From NCBI GenBank assembly GCA_048213135.1, contig PS015119.1, positions 120,625 through 156,102 of the forward strand: 35,478 bases of DNA. The letters are read 5' to 3'. Source of the stretch: Reclinomonas americana ATCC 50394 (Eukaryota). Below, one piece after another: positions 21,530 through 34,900 of the stretch; position 1 is the stretch's first letter, and each line of letters begins with the position of its first letter. The notes beneath the pieces were generated by a model that saw nothing but the letters and a program-made list of their open reading frames with translations, made no database searches and had not been told where the DNA came from. Made by a program: the position numbers and the translations under genes.

Positions 21530-24500
21530 TCACGCCTCCATGGCGGCTGCAGCAGGAGCGCCGTCGCCAACAGCCTGTATGCGATCGGGCATGCGGAAAA
21601 TCTTGACGTCGCTGCCGTAGCTCTTGGCACGTGCGGTAATGGCGCTGCACACAGAGCGTGCACACAACACACTTTCGTGAGTACATTGCTTGAGCTTGGG
21701 CGGTACTGCTGGAGGTCACTCACCTCGGGTCCTGTGGCGAGATGAAAATGTACTGCCGTTTGCTCTTGCACGCGACTTCGAGCACGAGATCAATCGCCAG
21801 ACGACGGTACGAGGCGTCCTGCGCCCCGTGATACCACCATAGTCAGTGAGTGAGAGTGAAAAATGACAAGAGAGTTGCTATGCCGTGCCGCGCGCACCAT
21901 GAAAATGTCAAACTCGTCGGCGACACGGAAGGGCGACTCGATGGCCTCCCAGAGCGCCAGCATGAACGCCACGGTGGTGTACGACCGCTCGCCACCACTC
22001 AGCTCTCGCACGTCGTGAACCGTGTGCTGTGCCAGCGCACCGGAGGAACCTTCGTTCTCGTTGCCGCCCTCTGCCATGTTCAGGTACACCTGGGAACAGA
22101 CAGACGTCAGCGGCGGCCCCTTAAACAGTCCCTCGCCATCGCAGCCAACAAGCGCACCTTCATCTCCAACTCCATCTTGTCCTTGTCGAACAGCAGCTGA
22201 CCAGTGTGGCCGCGATGGCTGAGGAACTGCGTAAAGTTGGAGGAGGTGATTTGCATGATGCGTTGCTGCATGCCGCGCAGGGCACGTTGTCGCTCGTGAC
22301 AGCTGCGTTGCATCTGGGTAACCAGCGCCACCGTCTTCTCCATGTTCTGCTTGGTCTGCGTGGCCTTGGCACGAATGTCAAAGTAGCGCCGCTCCACTTC
22401 GTGCGGATCATCGATCTTTTGACTGTGACGAAGGAAACGGAAGCGGGATGTCAGTCACACATGCACGGTGGAGGCAACAAGCACGCCAAAAAAACCGCAC
22501 TTTTCCATCTCCTGCTGGATACGTGCGCGCACGTCCTTGAGCTTGGTCACGTAGAACTTGCGTGGCCTGTCGGCCTCGACGCGATTCGGTGCACCTGCGG
22601 CTTCACACTCCGCAATGTTCGCCTGACAGAAAACACAGCAGTGAGCAAGTGGCCGCCCCAAGCACCGAGCAGGCACGACAGCTAATACCTGCACTTTCTG
22701 ACGTGCTGCTGCAAACTTCTTCTCTGACTCCAAAAGCTTGGCTCGGAGACGCAGGTAGCGGTCCTTGACAACGTCGGCAGATACGGCCATATGCTGCACC
22801 TTTTGTTCCAGCTCTTCCGCAATTTTCTGTCAATGCGTACACCTCGTGAGCAAAGCGCGTCACGACATCAATAACAACAACTATGGCACTCACCATGGCA
22901 TCAGTTGCTTGCGCATCTAGAGCCTCAGCCACTCGAGTGGCCTCAACCCACGCAGCTTTCTTCTGCGCCAAAGCACCATCCAGCTGCTGCAACGAGTCTG
23001 CTCCACGCAAAATATTCTGCTCGGCGTCCGCCAGCCTCTGCATTTCGTCGTCGATGCGCTGTTGCAGCTGATCGATGGCGTCTTGCACGTCGGGCTCATC
23101 GATGACGCTGGACTGCAACGTCTGCAAATCATCCTTGGCCGCGGACAGTGCTCGTCTCGCCTTCAGCAGCTCGCCCTGCGGAATGAGCAGTGAGCGAACA
23201 CATACAGCCGACAGACACATCGACAGCGATGCCTGCGTACCTTCACTTTGCGAAGCTCCTGCTCGCATTTGTTCTTCTCGGCGGTGTGCACCTTGAGTTC
23301 TGCGGTGACCACGCTCACGCTGTGCTCGTACTCCTGCGCTTCACGCTGATACTGGGCCAGCTGCACGCTCATGTCGCTCGTGAGACGAGGCGGATCGCGC
23401 ATCGCTGGTCGCACACTTCTCGAATTTCCTCTGCGTGGCCAACACAGCGTCAATACAGCAAAAGGACGTGACCGACAACTGTCATCAGCATCATCCAACG
23501 CAACTGTTGCTTCTGCTCGCGACCGTCGAGGTCGATCGCCTGGTTGGCCAGCGTGCGCATCGGCGGAGCCGGAATCACCTCATCCCTGCCAGCGAAGGAT
23601 AGTGAGGTCGGAATCGCAGCAAGTATGCACACTGAAGTCGCCAGCGGGAGGACGCAACATTTCGGCCTGCGATTCCACCAACGCCACGCTCTCGATGCCT
23701 CTCTGGTCGATCAGCGCGTTGAGAATGGTCGGCCCAATCACCGACGGATCCGAGTGCTGTCGGAAAATCGTTAACATAGCTGCACTCTTTCTCTCTCGCT
23801 CAGACAGAATCGACCCACGTACGTACCCAGGCAGACTGCACCGACTCGTCGACCGTCAGCACCTCGAACATGGTCTTGCGCACATGCGCCAAGCGAGGAA
23901 AGTTGTAGACANNNNNNNNNNNNNNNNNNNNNNNNNNNNNNNNNNNNNNNNNNNNNNNNNNNNNNNNNNNNNNNNNNNNNNNNNNNNNNNNNNNNNNNNN
24001 NNNNNNNNNNNNNNNNNNNNNNNNNNNNNNNNNNNNNNNNNNNNNNNNNNNNNNNNNNNNNNNNNNNNNNNNNNNNNNNNNNNNNNNNNNNNNNNNNNNN
24101 NNNNNNNNNNNNNNNNNNNNNNNNNNNNNNNNNNNNNNNNNNNNNNNNNNNNNNNNNNNNNNNNNNNNNNNNNNNNNNNNNNNNNNNNNNNNNNNNNNNN
24201 NNNNNNNNNNNNNNNNNNNNNNNNNNNNNNNNNNNNNNNNNNNNNNNNNNNNNNNNNNNNNNNNNNNNNNNNNNNNNNNNNNNNNNNNNNNNNNNNNNNN
24301 NNNNNNNNNNNNNNNNNNNNNNNNNNNNNNNNNNNNNNNNNNNNNNNNNNNNNNNNNNNNNNNNNNNNNNNNNNNNNNNNNNNNNNNNNNNNNNNNNNNN
24401 NNNNNNNNNNNNNNNNNNNNNNNNNNNNNNNNNNNNNNNNNNNNNNNNNNNNNNNNNNNNNNNNNNNNNNNNNNNNNNNNNTGGCAGACACAAGACGTCG

Positions 24501-26878
24501 GCCATTGCAGATACTCACAACAGCGGCGACATGGGAGACAGAGAATAACGCAACCGCACACGCTCCGTGGCAGCGACACGAGCATGATCGCGCTCCTTCT
24601 CCAACCGGGTGATGTTGGCCTGGTGCTTCTTCACCGTGTCTTGAAGCGACCCCATGTCACGATTGAGACGATTTCGCTCGCTGGTGGCTGTGGTCAGCTC
24701 CAGCCGCCTCTCTTGCACCTGAGCGTTCAGCGCCTCAAGTTCGGCAAACATTTGCTGATATCGCTCGGCAGCCGCAGCAGTCTCGGCTTGCAGCGGCGCG
24801 TTGTCGCCCTACGACACACTAACAATGAACAAAGGCAACAAACCATCGCAAGTGGAAAGGCAACACACCCTGACGGCAGCATACTCGGCTTCCGCGACTT
24901 GCACCACTTCCTGCCACCTGAGCACTTCCTGCTCCGCCTCGGCAGCGACCTGCACACCACCGATAACGAGGTCAACACGCGGCGTCACATAAAAGTGTTC
25001 CAGTGAGCGGAAGCAAACGGACCCTCTCGGCCGCAGCGACGTCGGACCACACAATCTGTTGCAGAAGATTGTTCTCCTCCTGATTCAGCTGCGTAAGCTT
25101 CTGTTGCTCCTGGTACTTCTTCTGCCAGTAGACCAACTGCTCCTGGAGGGCCTGGAAGCCGACTTGACGGTCCGCCAGCTCTTGTTGCATCATCGCCATG
25201 TCCGACAACACGGTACTGTGGTCCTGAGCCATGCGCTCAAGCAGTGTGCCCTTGACTGCGAGAGGCGAAACAAATGCGCGGTGAGCGAACGATGACAAAG
25301 GAATGTTGCGGAAGAAGCGAGCAACGCACTGAAGAACTCGTACTTGGTCCGCGGTGAACTGCCGTGCAAGAATGTGCGCGACGCGTCCTGCGTGAGCACC
25401 GTGCACGGATTGTCGGGCTGGATGTTGAAGTAGAGCATGATCTGCTCCAGGTCCTTGCGGTGGCGCGACACAATGTTGCCCCTGGCCGACTTGATGCGGT
25501 ACTCGCTGCTGCCGTTCTTGTTGATCTACGAGTGCGCGCCAAAAGAAAATCCGGTGAGCACAACGTGCGCCTTCACCAGCAGCACCGCATCCACCCACAC
25601 CAACCTGTCGTTCCACCGTCAGCGAGTCGCCAAAGTCCTCCGGACGGTAGGCCTGCGGGCCCATGTTGTTGATGGTCACGGAAACCACAGCGTACCTGTG
25701 TGGCATGCAGGTGAGCGACAGGAGCATTCAATTCAATTCATCGACACCGTGACGTCGCACGCAACGATCCGTCCTTGTTGACCAGCGAGCCGAGCGAGGC
25801 GCCACGATTGGTCGTCGACGCCCGAGTGCCGAGACAAATCTGCAGCGCCGTGATGACCGCACTCTTGCCACCTGCGCGCGAGTGAGTCGCAGAGAAACAC
25901 ACGCATGTGTAGAGAGGGAAGCGTACGCAACTCCCATTGAGGCCAATGATAAAGTTCACGTGCCGGCCAAACTCAATCTGCAGGTTGGAGTGACACCTGG
26001 AGAGACAAGAGTGGAAATGAGCCACGAAATGCGCTGGTGCATATCAGAAGCAAACGCAACATGAAGTTGCGCAGATGCATGCGTTGCTGTACACACAGAC
26101 ACACACATGTAAGTAACACTTCCGCACGCAACACACTTTACACACAATGACGCAACAATAGTGCCAGCTGCACACATGAGATCCGGGTCAAAGCCGGCCA
26201 GCTCTGCATCGACAGCCGGCGCGCCAGCTGGAGATGACGGCGCAGGTGGAGGGGCCGCGGCCGCGCTCTTGGCGGAGCCTGCGCGTTTGTTGATCGACGG
26301 AGACACCATCATTGGCGACATCGCCGCATCGACATGCACTGTGTGCGTGCAAATGTCAGATGCACGCTCACAGAGAGAGGGAGGGAGAGAGAGAGAGTGC
26401 ATGTGTGTGAGAGTGTGCGTCACAGTGAGGCAAATGATGCACATTCATGTGTAACTCTTCTTGTGTGTGCGTCTGTGTGTGGGAGAGGGAGAGAGAGAGA
26501 GAGAGGAATCAGCGTGCGTGCGTGCGTGCGTGCGTGTGTACGTGCACAGAGAGAGACACTTTCATGACACTCTGATGATGTGTAACTTTGTTGTTGCGGA
26601 GGTGACAGCTGCTCAGGAGCCGGAAAGTCATGCTCGTGGTCCACCTCCATTTGCTGTGCACGAGGCGCAGGCGCAGGTGGCGGTGGCGGAGGAGGCGGAG
26701 GAGGAGCTCTGTTGCTCCTTGACTTCAACTGGACCTCCTCCTCCGCAAACTCCTCGTCCTCTTCGTCATCATCCAACACCTTCTTGTGCAACTTCTTCTT
26801 CCGCGCACTCTGCAGCGCACAGAAGCGCACAGTCAGAGAGAAAGCAAGCATGTGTGAGAGTGCAAAAAGGCAAACCAT
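21530..26878 (-). CDS. SMC6: Structural maintenance of chromosomes protein 6
   Basis: [48 protein letters not shown] (Walker A, assembled across introns), TNRG motif, [20 protein letters not shown] (Q-loop), coiled coils, hinge remnant [16 protein letters not shown], signature [24 protein letters not shown] (Walker B/D-loop), QYIFISPQ. These patterns are SMC6-type rather than SMC5. Confidence 0.95.
23912..24481. other. Assembly gap within the SMC6 hinge region
   Basis: N-run. Confidence 1.
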
Positions 26879-26989
26879 TCGTCACAGGGGGTTTGCGTTC
26901 CGATGGCGGGGAAATGGACAGATCAGGCACGCGAGCACGCGCGAGCCATGCCGTTAACCAATTGTCTCGTCTCACAAAACAAAAAACCC

Positions 26990-29900
26990 ATGCTCTCGTC
27001 GGGGCAAGAGCTCACGAATGGCGATGGAGTCGTGCAGGAGTTCCTCTTCTTTCTGTGGAAGAGACGGTCGCGGCATGAGGACCACTTTGCGGGGGTGAGA
27101 GTGGCGCAGACTGTGCTCTTCAATCTCGGTCGACCACAGTGGTGGTTCTTCTCGTCGTCGTCGGAGCCGAGTGGTGAGAGAGAACAGAGAGAAAAGAGCG
27201 AGCATAGGCAGGAGACACTCACTCGCTCGCTCTCTGACACGCAGGTGCGCTCAAGAAGAAGAGCGAGGCGAACATCCGAACAGAGAACGTGCGACAGGCA
27301 TTCATAGCTCCGAAGAAGCTGCAGCCGGCGCTTCCGGCTGGCGGCACCAGCAGTGGCTTCAGCGCTGGTGTGACAGTGAACAGTCTGTTCATCAGCAGCG
27401 AGGGCGATGCCAAGCGAGGAGATGCCGATGTCACGATGCAGTTTCACACAGCAGAATCACTGGGTGAGCTTCCTCCCACCTGCTCCCTCGCGCATGCAGA
27501 GGCTCATTCGTTGCTGTGATTCGTGAAGATGCGCTGCTGTTGGACTCGAGCACGCCTCGAAACGGGTTGCTGCAGGAGTTTGTCATTTCGCAGGAGGATC
27601 CGTCGCGACCACGTCGCAACTGTGCGTCTTGCTCCTCCTCTCCACTTGTCTGTGTGTACGTGGTGGTGATGCTGACCCGCGTGCGCGCTGCTCAGCGGTT
27701 CTGGTGGTGGTCTGGTCGCCGTCGCTGATGGTGGCCGAACGACGCACCAACATTTATCGGATTGATGACGAATCGCGGACACTGTATGAGCGTGTGATGA
27801 CACACGATGGGGACTTGCGATACAGCGAGACGGGTACGTGCACTTACTTGACTATGTGGCGGTGGTGATGGACAACTCTCTTCTGTGGATCTGAACAGGA
27901 CACACATGTAACGTCTGCAGAGCCTGTGCGCTCGGACAAGCTGCTGTCGCGACTGGAAGATGCCTGCCAGTCCATGGTCGCTCACATTGAGGGCGTGGAG
28001 ACAAAGAAGACACTGGCACGCATGTGTCTGCACTTCAAGATTGATACCAGAGGTGCGTGCACGGGCTGCCGATGAGATGTTCCGATGTGCAGTGCTCATG
28101 TGGCGTGTGTGTGTGCGTGTGCAGATCGACTGGTGTTTCTGTACTGCACGTCGCTGCGTGTATCGGATCGACAAAAGGTACAACGACTCATGTGCATATG
28201 CATGCTTTGACGACGATGTTCGGAGGAACTAAGCACGCACTTCTTCCACTTTTTTGCAGGAAATCTACAGAGAAGTGTCGGCTCCATCATCTCGGTCCAC
28301 CTCGTTGGCCCCCAGTGGCCGCGCCTCCGCCGTTTCGTACCCAAGCAATTGTGCTGCGTGTTGGCCGCACGCACACTGTGCTGACATGCAACTGCTGCGC
28401 GCGTGTGTGTGTGCGTGTCAGTCCAAGCGACAGGTGCAGCTTCCGCCGGCTCCAACCAGCGCCACACTTGCACGGCCGGCGTCGAACAATCGACGCATGA
28501 GGTGTGCAAAACACGCACATGCCTCTCCTATCCACACCATCTTCTCACATTTGTGCTTCACGCGCAGCTCCATGTCGCAAGTTGCGCCGTCACGCACGGT
28601 GAGTACTTGGCGCTCGCGTCGCGCACATTACCTGCGCATCTAACTCGGTGTCTGCCACAGGCCGATGCACGTGCGCATTTTGCTGGCGCAGCAACACGCT
28701 CTGCCTCCGTTGCCTCGGTGTTTACGCTGCAGAAAGTTGTGTGCCTATCGTTCTCGTTGCTGTCGAGCTCGCTGTGACTGACTCCGTTCCACCACAGTTG
28801 CGCACACCACCCAAGCCGCAACCTGTGCGCTCACTCAATCTGTCGTCCACTGCTCGGGAGACACGCATCGCTGAGAAGGAGGCTCTTGATTGGACATGTC
28901 ATGCGTGCCGTCGTCAAGTCGGTACGTTTTCGTGCGCTGCGTGGCTGCAACGCAGGGTTCGTGTTTGTGATTGTAATATCTCGGCGCCGGCTGCAGACGG
29001 TTCGCAAACACCACATCACATGACGCTACGCAATGTCATGGTCTCTGCCGGCGACGACATTCGTCCGTACACTGTGCCGTTCGACCCGGAGGAGCGATTC
29101 AACATTGGTCGCTTTGCACCGCGCGTTGCGTTTACTGCACTGTACGGCTCTGCCGCCACTGATGTGTGGCCGCCTGGGCTGACCTCGGTTCCATTTTCAC
29201 AGTCGAAACCACCGTCGCCCTCTGTCGTCGAGGAGACCTTTGATGAGAGCATGCTGATTCCGCTGGAGGGACCGATTTTCCATTGGGTGACTGATTACGA
29301 GAAGGGTGAGGAGTTCGTTTGTCGATCCACCAAGAATGAGTAAGTGCTCATTGCGTGTCTTGCAGTGATTTCAAGTGTGGAATCGTCGCCACAGCTCGTC
29401 GGTGGCAGCCTCCCGGCGTCGCCATCTGTTGCAGCGCCGACCATCGATCAGGGCGAGCATGCAGTGCTGGGGGAGAGCGGCTTGCACGACGCGGTGGGAG
29501 AGGGGGAGGCAGATGAATCCACGGCGGCGACAGCACAAGGTGCAGATGAGACTGACGGTGGGGAAGTGGTCTTTATGAATTCGGAGGAGCAGGATGAGCT
29601 GCCGCCACCGCAGCCACAACACCGTCCGTGGGAAGCCGTGGTCCGGGAAGTCGAAATGTCAAGAGTCAACTCGCCAGAAATGATGCGCATGACATCGCAC
29701 AGCAGCTATCGTCCTCGTTGCGTAGTGGGTCAGTTTGTCTGTGCACACGCCCACACGCCACCAACTTACACTGTCGGTCCGCAGGTGAAATGGACTGGCG
29801 ACGGGCGGCGCCAGTGTCCGTTCTCGCGGTGCGTCCACAATTGACACTGGACGAGTTCTGTGAGCTCTGTCGCACTGGCAAGTTGTTGGACGAGCCTGTC

Positions 29901-31879
29901 GATACGTGCGACTCGTGTTACTTGCAAATCACGCGATAGTTTCGTCGCCACCGGCTTTGCCACTCTTTGAGGAAGAGAGAAAGAGACTCATCATTCTTCT
30001 TGTCAACGACGCAGTTTGAGCACGTACTCGCGAGGCGGCAAGCGTCGACGACTCAAGTTTGGGGCCGAGGACTCGCTCTCGTCGTCGGTAAAACTGCCGT
30101 CGGTGAACAGTCGCGGCTCGAACTCGACCAGGAATCGCTCGAAGACCAATTCGCCGCCCAAGACACGCAGTCGACACAGCCGCGCGCACGATCATCGCGC
30201 CAACGACGGCTACGGGGATGAGAACGTACACATTGTCGTGCAACAACGGGTACCTGAGGTACACGGGCACATTATGGAGGAGGAGGAAGTGATGGTGGTG
30301 GACGACGGACAGCACAATGCGGAGACGCGGCTGACGCGCTCGGCCAGCAAGTTGCGTCGTCACTCGGTCAGTTTCGTCTCAACGAGAACGAAAGCTCACA
30401 ACTGACCTCACAGAAGCGGCGGTACCGGTTCCTACTTGCTGTCGGCTTCGGAGGTGCCGTATCGAGTGTCGCATTCGACGTCTCCGACCAAGCGCGCAGC
30501 GCGCGGTGTGCCGCTGCACTCTCAGGCGGTGCGTACACGCTCTCTTTTCCACCTATTTTGATTGCGGCACGTTTCTCACTCGTCTTTCCGTGAGCAGCGA
30601 CATGAAGAGCTGTGGAAACGAAGGCTAGTCACCAATACCGAGGAGGACCAGCGGATGGCGTCGTCGCTGTTGCAGCTGGACGCGGTGTTGGAGTCGGTCG
30701 TGCGTTCGCACACTCGCGTGCAGGTCGGTGTGCGTGGTCAGCTGCCGTTTGCGCTCCACGAGACGCAGAAAGCACAGTGCGTAGTCTGCGTGGTATCGTG
30801 GATTTCTCTTGCCCAGCGATAGTTATTTGACTGTGTTGTGTGCGTGCAGGCTGCGACGCGCCATTCATCGTGCACAATTCGATCCGCAAGGTGAGCACTC
30901 AACTCTGCGTCTTCGCCGGTACACGGTTCACGTAAATCTCATCATTTTTTGTTGCTGGTCGTCGTCGTTGTTGCAGACCAAGACGAGGGCCCCTTCTTGC
31001 TGCCTCTAGCGAGGCAGTCGTCGAACTCGAAGCCGCCAACGTCGCCGGGTCGTGCCAAGCAGCAGAACCGACCAGGAGCTGTGTACGCCAACACCGTGCT
31101 GCCGCGCAAATATCCGGTCGTCGGTGGTGGCGGCAAGGCCAAGTCGTCTCAGGCGTTGCCGGCCGCGCGAGGTGCGCCGCGTCGTGCGGCCACAGACGCC
31201 GCCATGCGAGTGCCACCGTTGCGACGAGTGGCCGGGTCTGTCGAAGACATGGACGGTGCGCACGTGTCACGTGTTCTTCACATGGTGCTGTCGCTGACCT
31301 ACTCACGTGGATGGTTGGCGCGGTGCAGATGATCGCATCGATGGTGCGTCGGACATGGTGGAGAGCGACTTCGAGATCAAAACGGAGACAGATCCGACTG
31401 CGCCATCCACCAAGCCTGTGTCGCCCTCCAACTCGTTCCTGCAGGGCGACTTTGAGACCATTGACACTGAGCTTCGTGTGGACGAGGCGGCGGCAGTGGA
31501 GAGTCTCGGCGCCACCACCGCTCCACCTCCCAGACCCGCCGAGAACGCAGCTCGTCGTCGGCGCCGCACCGATGGCAACGATGAGAGCGTCGGCGGCGGT
31601 GGAGACGACGAAAGTCTGCCGGCGCCTGCGTCCATTGGTTCTCCCAAACCGCGAACCGGTGGTGGGGCACGCACGCTATCCACGCTGCTGTCACCACAGC
31701 CAAAGACGGCGACGGCCCCAGTGTCGCCGGGCCACGACCCCACGCGCCAGATGACTGCGGTCGAGATTGCGGAGAACCGACTCCGATTATCGCGACTGGT
31801 GGAGGAGTTGCAGTTGGGCTCGCAGGGTGACGACGGCATTGATTTGGCGCACGTTGCGCAACCATTGCAGTGGAAATAG
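26990..31879 (+). CDS. Large multi-exon hypothetical protein with a globular N-terminal domain and long low-complexity C-terminus
   Basis: Phase-consistent exons MLSSGQEL...PQWWFFS|GALKKK...|DALLL...NGLLQEFV...RRN|SVLVVVWSPSLMVAERRTN...YERVMTHDG...|EPVRS...ARMCLHFKIDTR|DRLVFLYCTSLRV; later WTCHAC and FCELC; last exon ends QPLQWK* at 31879. Could be two genes. Confidence 0.65.
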
Positions 31880-31946
31880 TGATAACTGAGAAGTAGGGAA
31901 AATGGAGTGTGATTGCTCTTGTTTGTTCGCAAGAAAGACAATTTGT

Positions 31947-34900
31947 TCATTCGCCACCGTCGTCGTTGAGAAGACTCGGAACCAGCGGCGGTGGGAACGA
32001 CGCACGGATCTGTATCGCCAAGCCTTCTACCCACTGTGCCGAATGCGTCTCTAATGACCACAGCGCACGCTGTGCGTCTGTCTCCTGCGACAAGACTTGA
32101 TCTGCGGAACCAGCACGGTATTGAGTGCTCCCGCAGCAATCACTGCCGCACACACACAGCGGAGAGAGAACGCACCTCCCGCACTTGCCAGACGAGAGAG
32201 TGTGTTGTACAAGTCGCCGTGCTGCGAGTTTGACAGACGAGCGCGCAATGTGGCTACGTTGCTGAGGGCCGTCGTCATTCTCGTGCGTACCAAGTCGCCC
32301 TGGCGAGCTGCAGCGCCAGTGTGAGCGGCGAGCGACGAGCGAGCAACAGAAGCGACAAGGTACGTCGCACGCACCAACAAATCGTGCAATCTCCGACGTT
32401 CGCGAACGCAACACATCGGCGACTTGCAGCAAGTCAATCACTGCACGCCGCACCGAAGTCACCTCGTCGCGAATCTCGTTTTCCCGCTGCAGTGGTTGTC
32501 AGCGACATTGATGCCGATTGCTACTCCTTGCACAATACACACTCACCCTGGCGGACTGCTGCAGAGCTTCTTGAGCCTGCTCTCGACACCGGCGCTCTGC
32601 ATCCTCCATGCTCTCGATCTGCGTCCGCACAGCATCGAGCCGTTCCTGCAGCGTCGAGTTCAGACGCATGGTGTTCGCGGCATCGTTCTCCAGTCGTGCC
32701 GTCTCATCCTCCAGCGCCAGCACACGCTGCTGTCGCGAGTTGTAGTGCACACTCAAGAGGTCGAGTCTGCACAGGAGTGATATTGCGTCAGGCCACTGGA
32801 AAACACTCGCAAAGGTAGACACAGAGCACTCAACTTTTTCTGCAACTCATTTCGCCTCCTTGAACGCTCTGCATGTTCGCGCGTCGCATCCTCCAAACCG
32901 CTCTCCTTTTTCACCAATTCCTCAAACGTGCGCATGTATCTGCAGAAGGAAGTGTTGAGAAAGCACATTCGGCGTGGAGAGCACACACGCCATCTTCTAT
33001 TTTTGCACCGTTCCGACAGCAATCTCAGTCGCTCTTCCATGGCCACACCAGATGGCATATCACGCGACGATGGCGACGGCGACCGTTGCTGTGCGTAGCA
33101 GCCGCAGATGAGAAGGCATTCACACGCAGCTGCACGAGGCACACACACTGGACGAACTCTCGATCCTCGTGGTGACGGCGAGCGGCTGCTGCGCGGCGAA
33201 AGCGAGCGCATACCACGAGGTGATGGGGAGCGGGCGCTGCGAGGACTCTGACTGGTGGGCAATCCGAGCAACTCGAGAGCGTCGCTGTACGGCTTGACAG
33301 TGGCGCGCACTGTCATGTGGTCGGGAGAACCGCGGCCGCTTCCGCCACTCGCCGGGATGCAGCTGACGACCACGCGCCGCGGAGATGTGCCGGGCGAGGG
33401 GTGAGAGCGACGTGGAGAGACCCCATTGCGTGGCGACTGGGACGCAGATCGAGGGCCGCGCGGTGACGCAGCGTTTGAGGAGGACGCACTGGGCGATCTC
33501 GAACTGCGGCTGAACTGATGGAGTGCACGAGATGTTTCCTTTCGCACGGCGCTGGAGGGAAGCGGACGTCAGAGTTGGACACGACACGACACGACAGGAG
33601 GATTGCAAGGAGGATCAACGCACGGACTGAGTTCGGCCATGAGAAGCGGCGGTGTGCCCGGTGGATCCAGCGTCAGCGGGACTGAGCGCAGTGGCACAGG
33701 AGACGTGCCGACACGAGAAACGATTTCGGCAACCGACATCTCTGCATGTCGATGTGATCAGCTCAAAGACCGCACACGCTCGTTCTGTTGCAAGTGTACA
33801 CAAACCAGCCGACGTGCGTTCGGGGCTGCGAACTTCAGCCATCGGTGGAATGGCTTGCGCGTATGCAGACGGCGGTGAACTGCGTGTAAGCACGGTGAGT
33901 AGGCGTCTATCAACACTCCACGTGCAGTTGGGGTGCACACACAACTTGCTGTTACTTGACGACGACGCCGGCGGAGGGGGTGCATTCGATGAATGGCGCC
34001 GCTGCACGACAGTGGCGAGAGTGAGCGACGTTGGCGATGCACGCAGTCGCTCCTCTCGCGCCGGCGCGGATGGCTGCGCTTGTTGCTGAGGTGGCATATC
34101 GATGTATTCGCCATCGTCATCCTCCTCGTCGTCGTACGGTCTCTTTGTCTTGCAATTCTGCACAATGCACGGCAATGAATGCGTCGACACAAGCTGGAGC
34201 GGTTGTGGCGTAGCAACAAAACACACCAGCTGGTCCAAAGGAGGTGGTGTCGGCACGCGATCTGCGTGCTCTTCGAGGTAGGAGAGCGAGTGTTCCAAGT
34301 TCTGCTGCCGCGACATGGCGAACACCGATTGCAGATGCGAGTACTTGGCGGCGAGCTCAGCACGCAGTGGATCTACGGGGGAACACGGCATCGCCATTAG
34401 ACTTACTACCACAAGCATGCACCCTTTGCGCAGGGAGTAAACGCACCCGTTGGACTCGGCGACATGGTGTCGTCGGTGGGTGAGTGGTAGGAGGCCGAGG
34501 ACGTCGGCGAGCCGGCCTCGCCGAACCGCACCACCTCCAGATCGGCCAGCATCTGTGCACACACACACACACAGATGTCACACACACACGCACAGAGAAG
34601 AAACAAAGCACACATGGTGGAACCTGCAACGTGTCGGCTGCACCGCTGGCCACCGAGGACGGGATGCGAGAGGGACTGCATGGGAAGGAGCAACTATTAG
34701 TGCATGCCGGGGGAACAAAGTAGACTCGACGTAGCGCAACGAGGGCGACCGTCGAGGGTTGGTGGGAAACACGCTGTCGCTGGGCGGTTGGCCCATCGAC
34801 TCCTCGAGTAGCCGCAGCTCGGCGGCCAGACGCTGTGAGGTGGCAGAAGGCAGTGTTTGAGCTGGCGATGCCACGGTGGAGGCCGCGGCGGCGGTGACCG

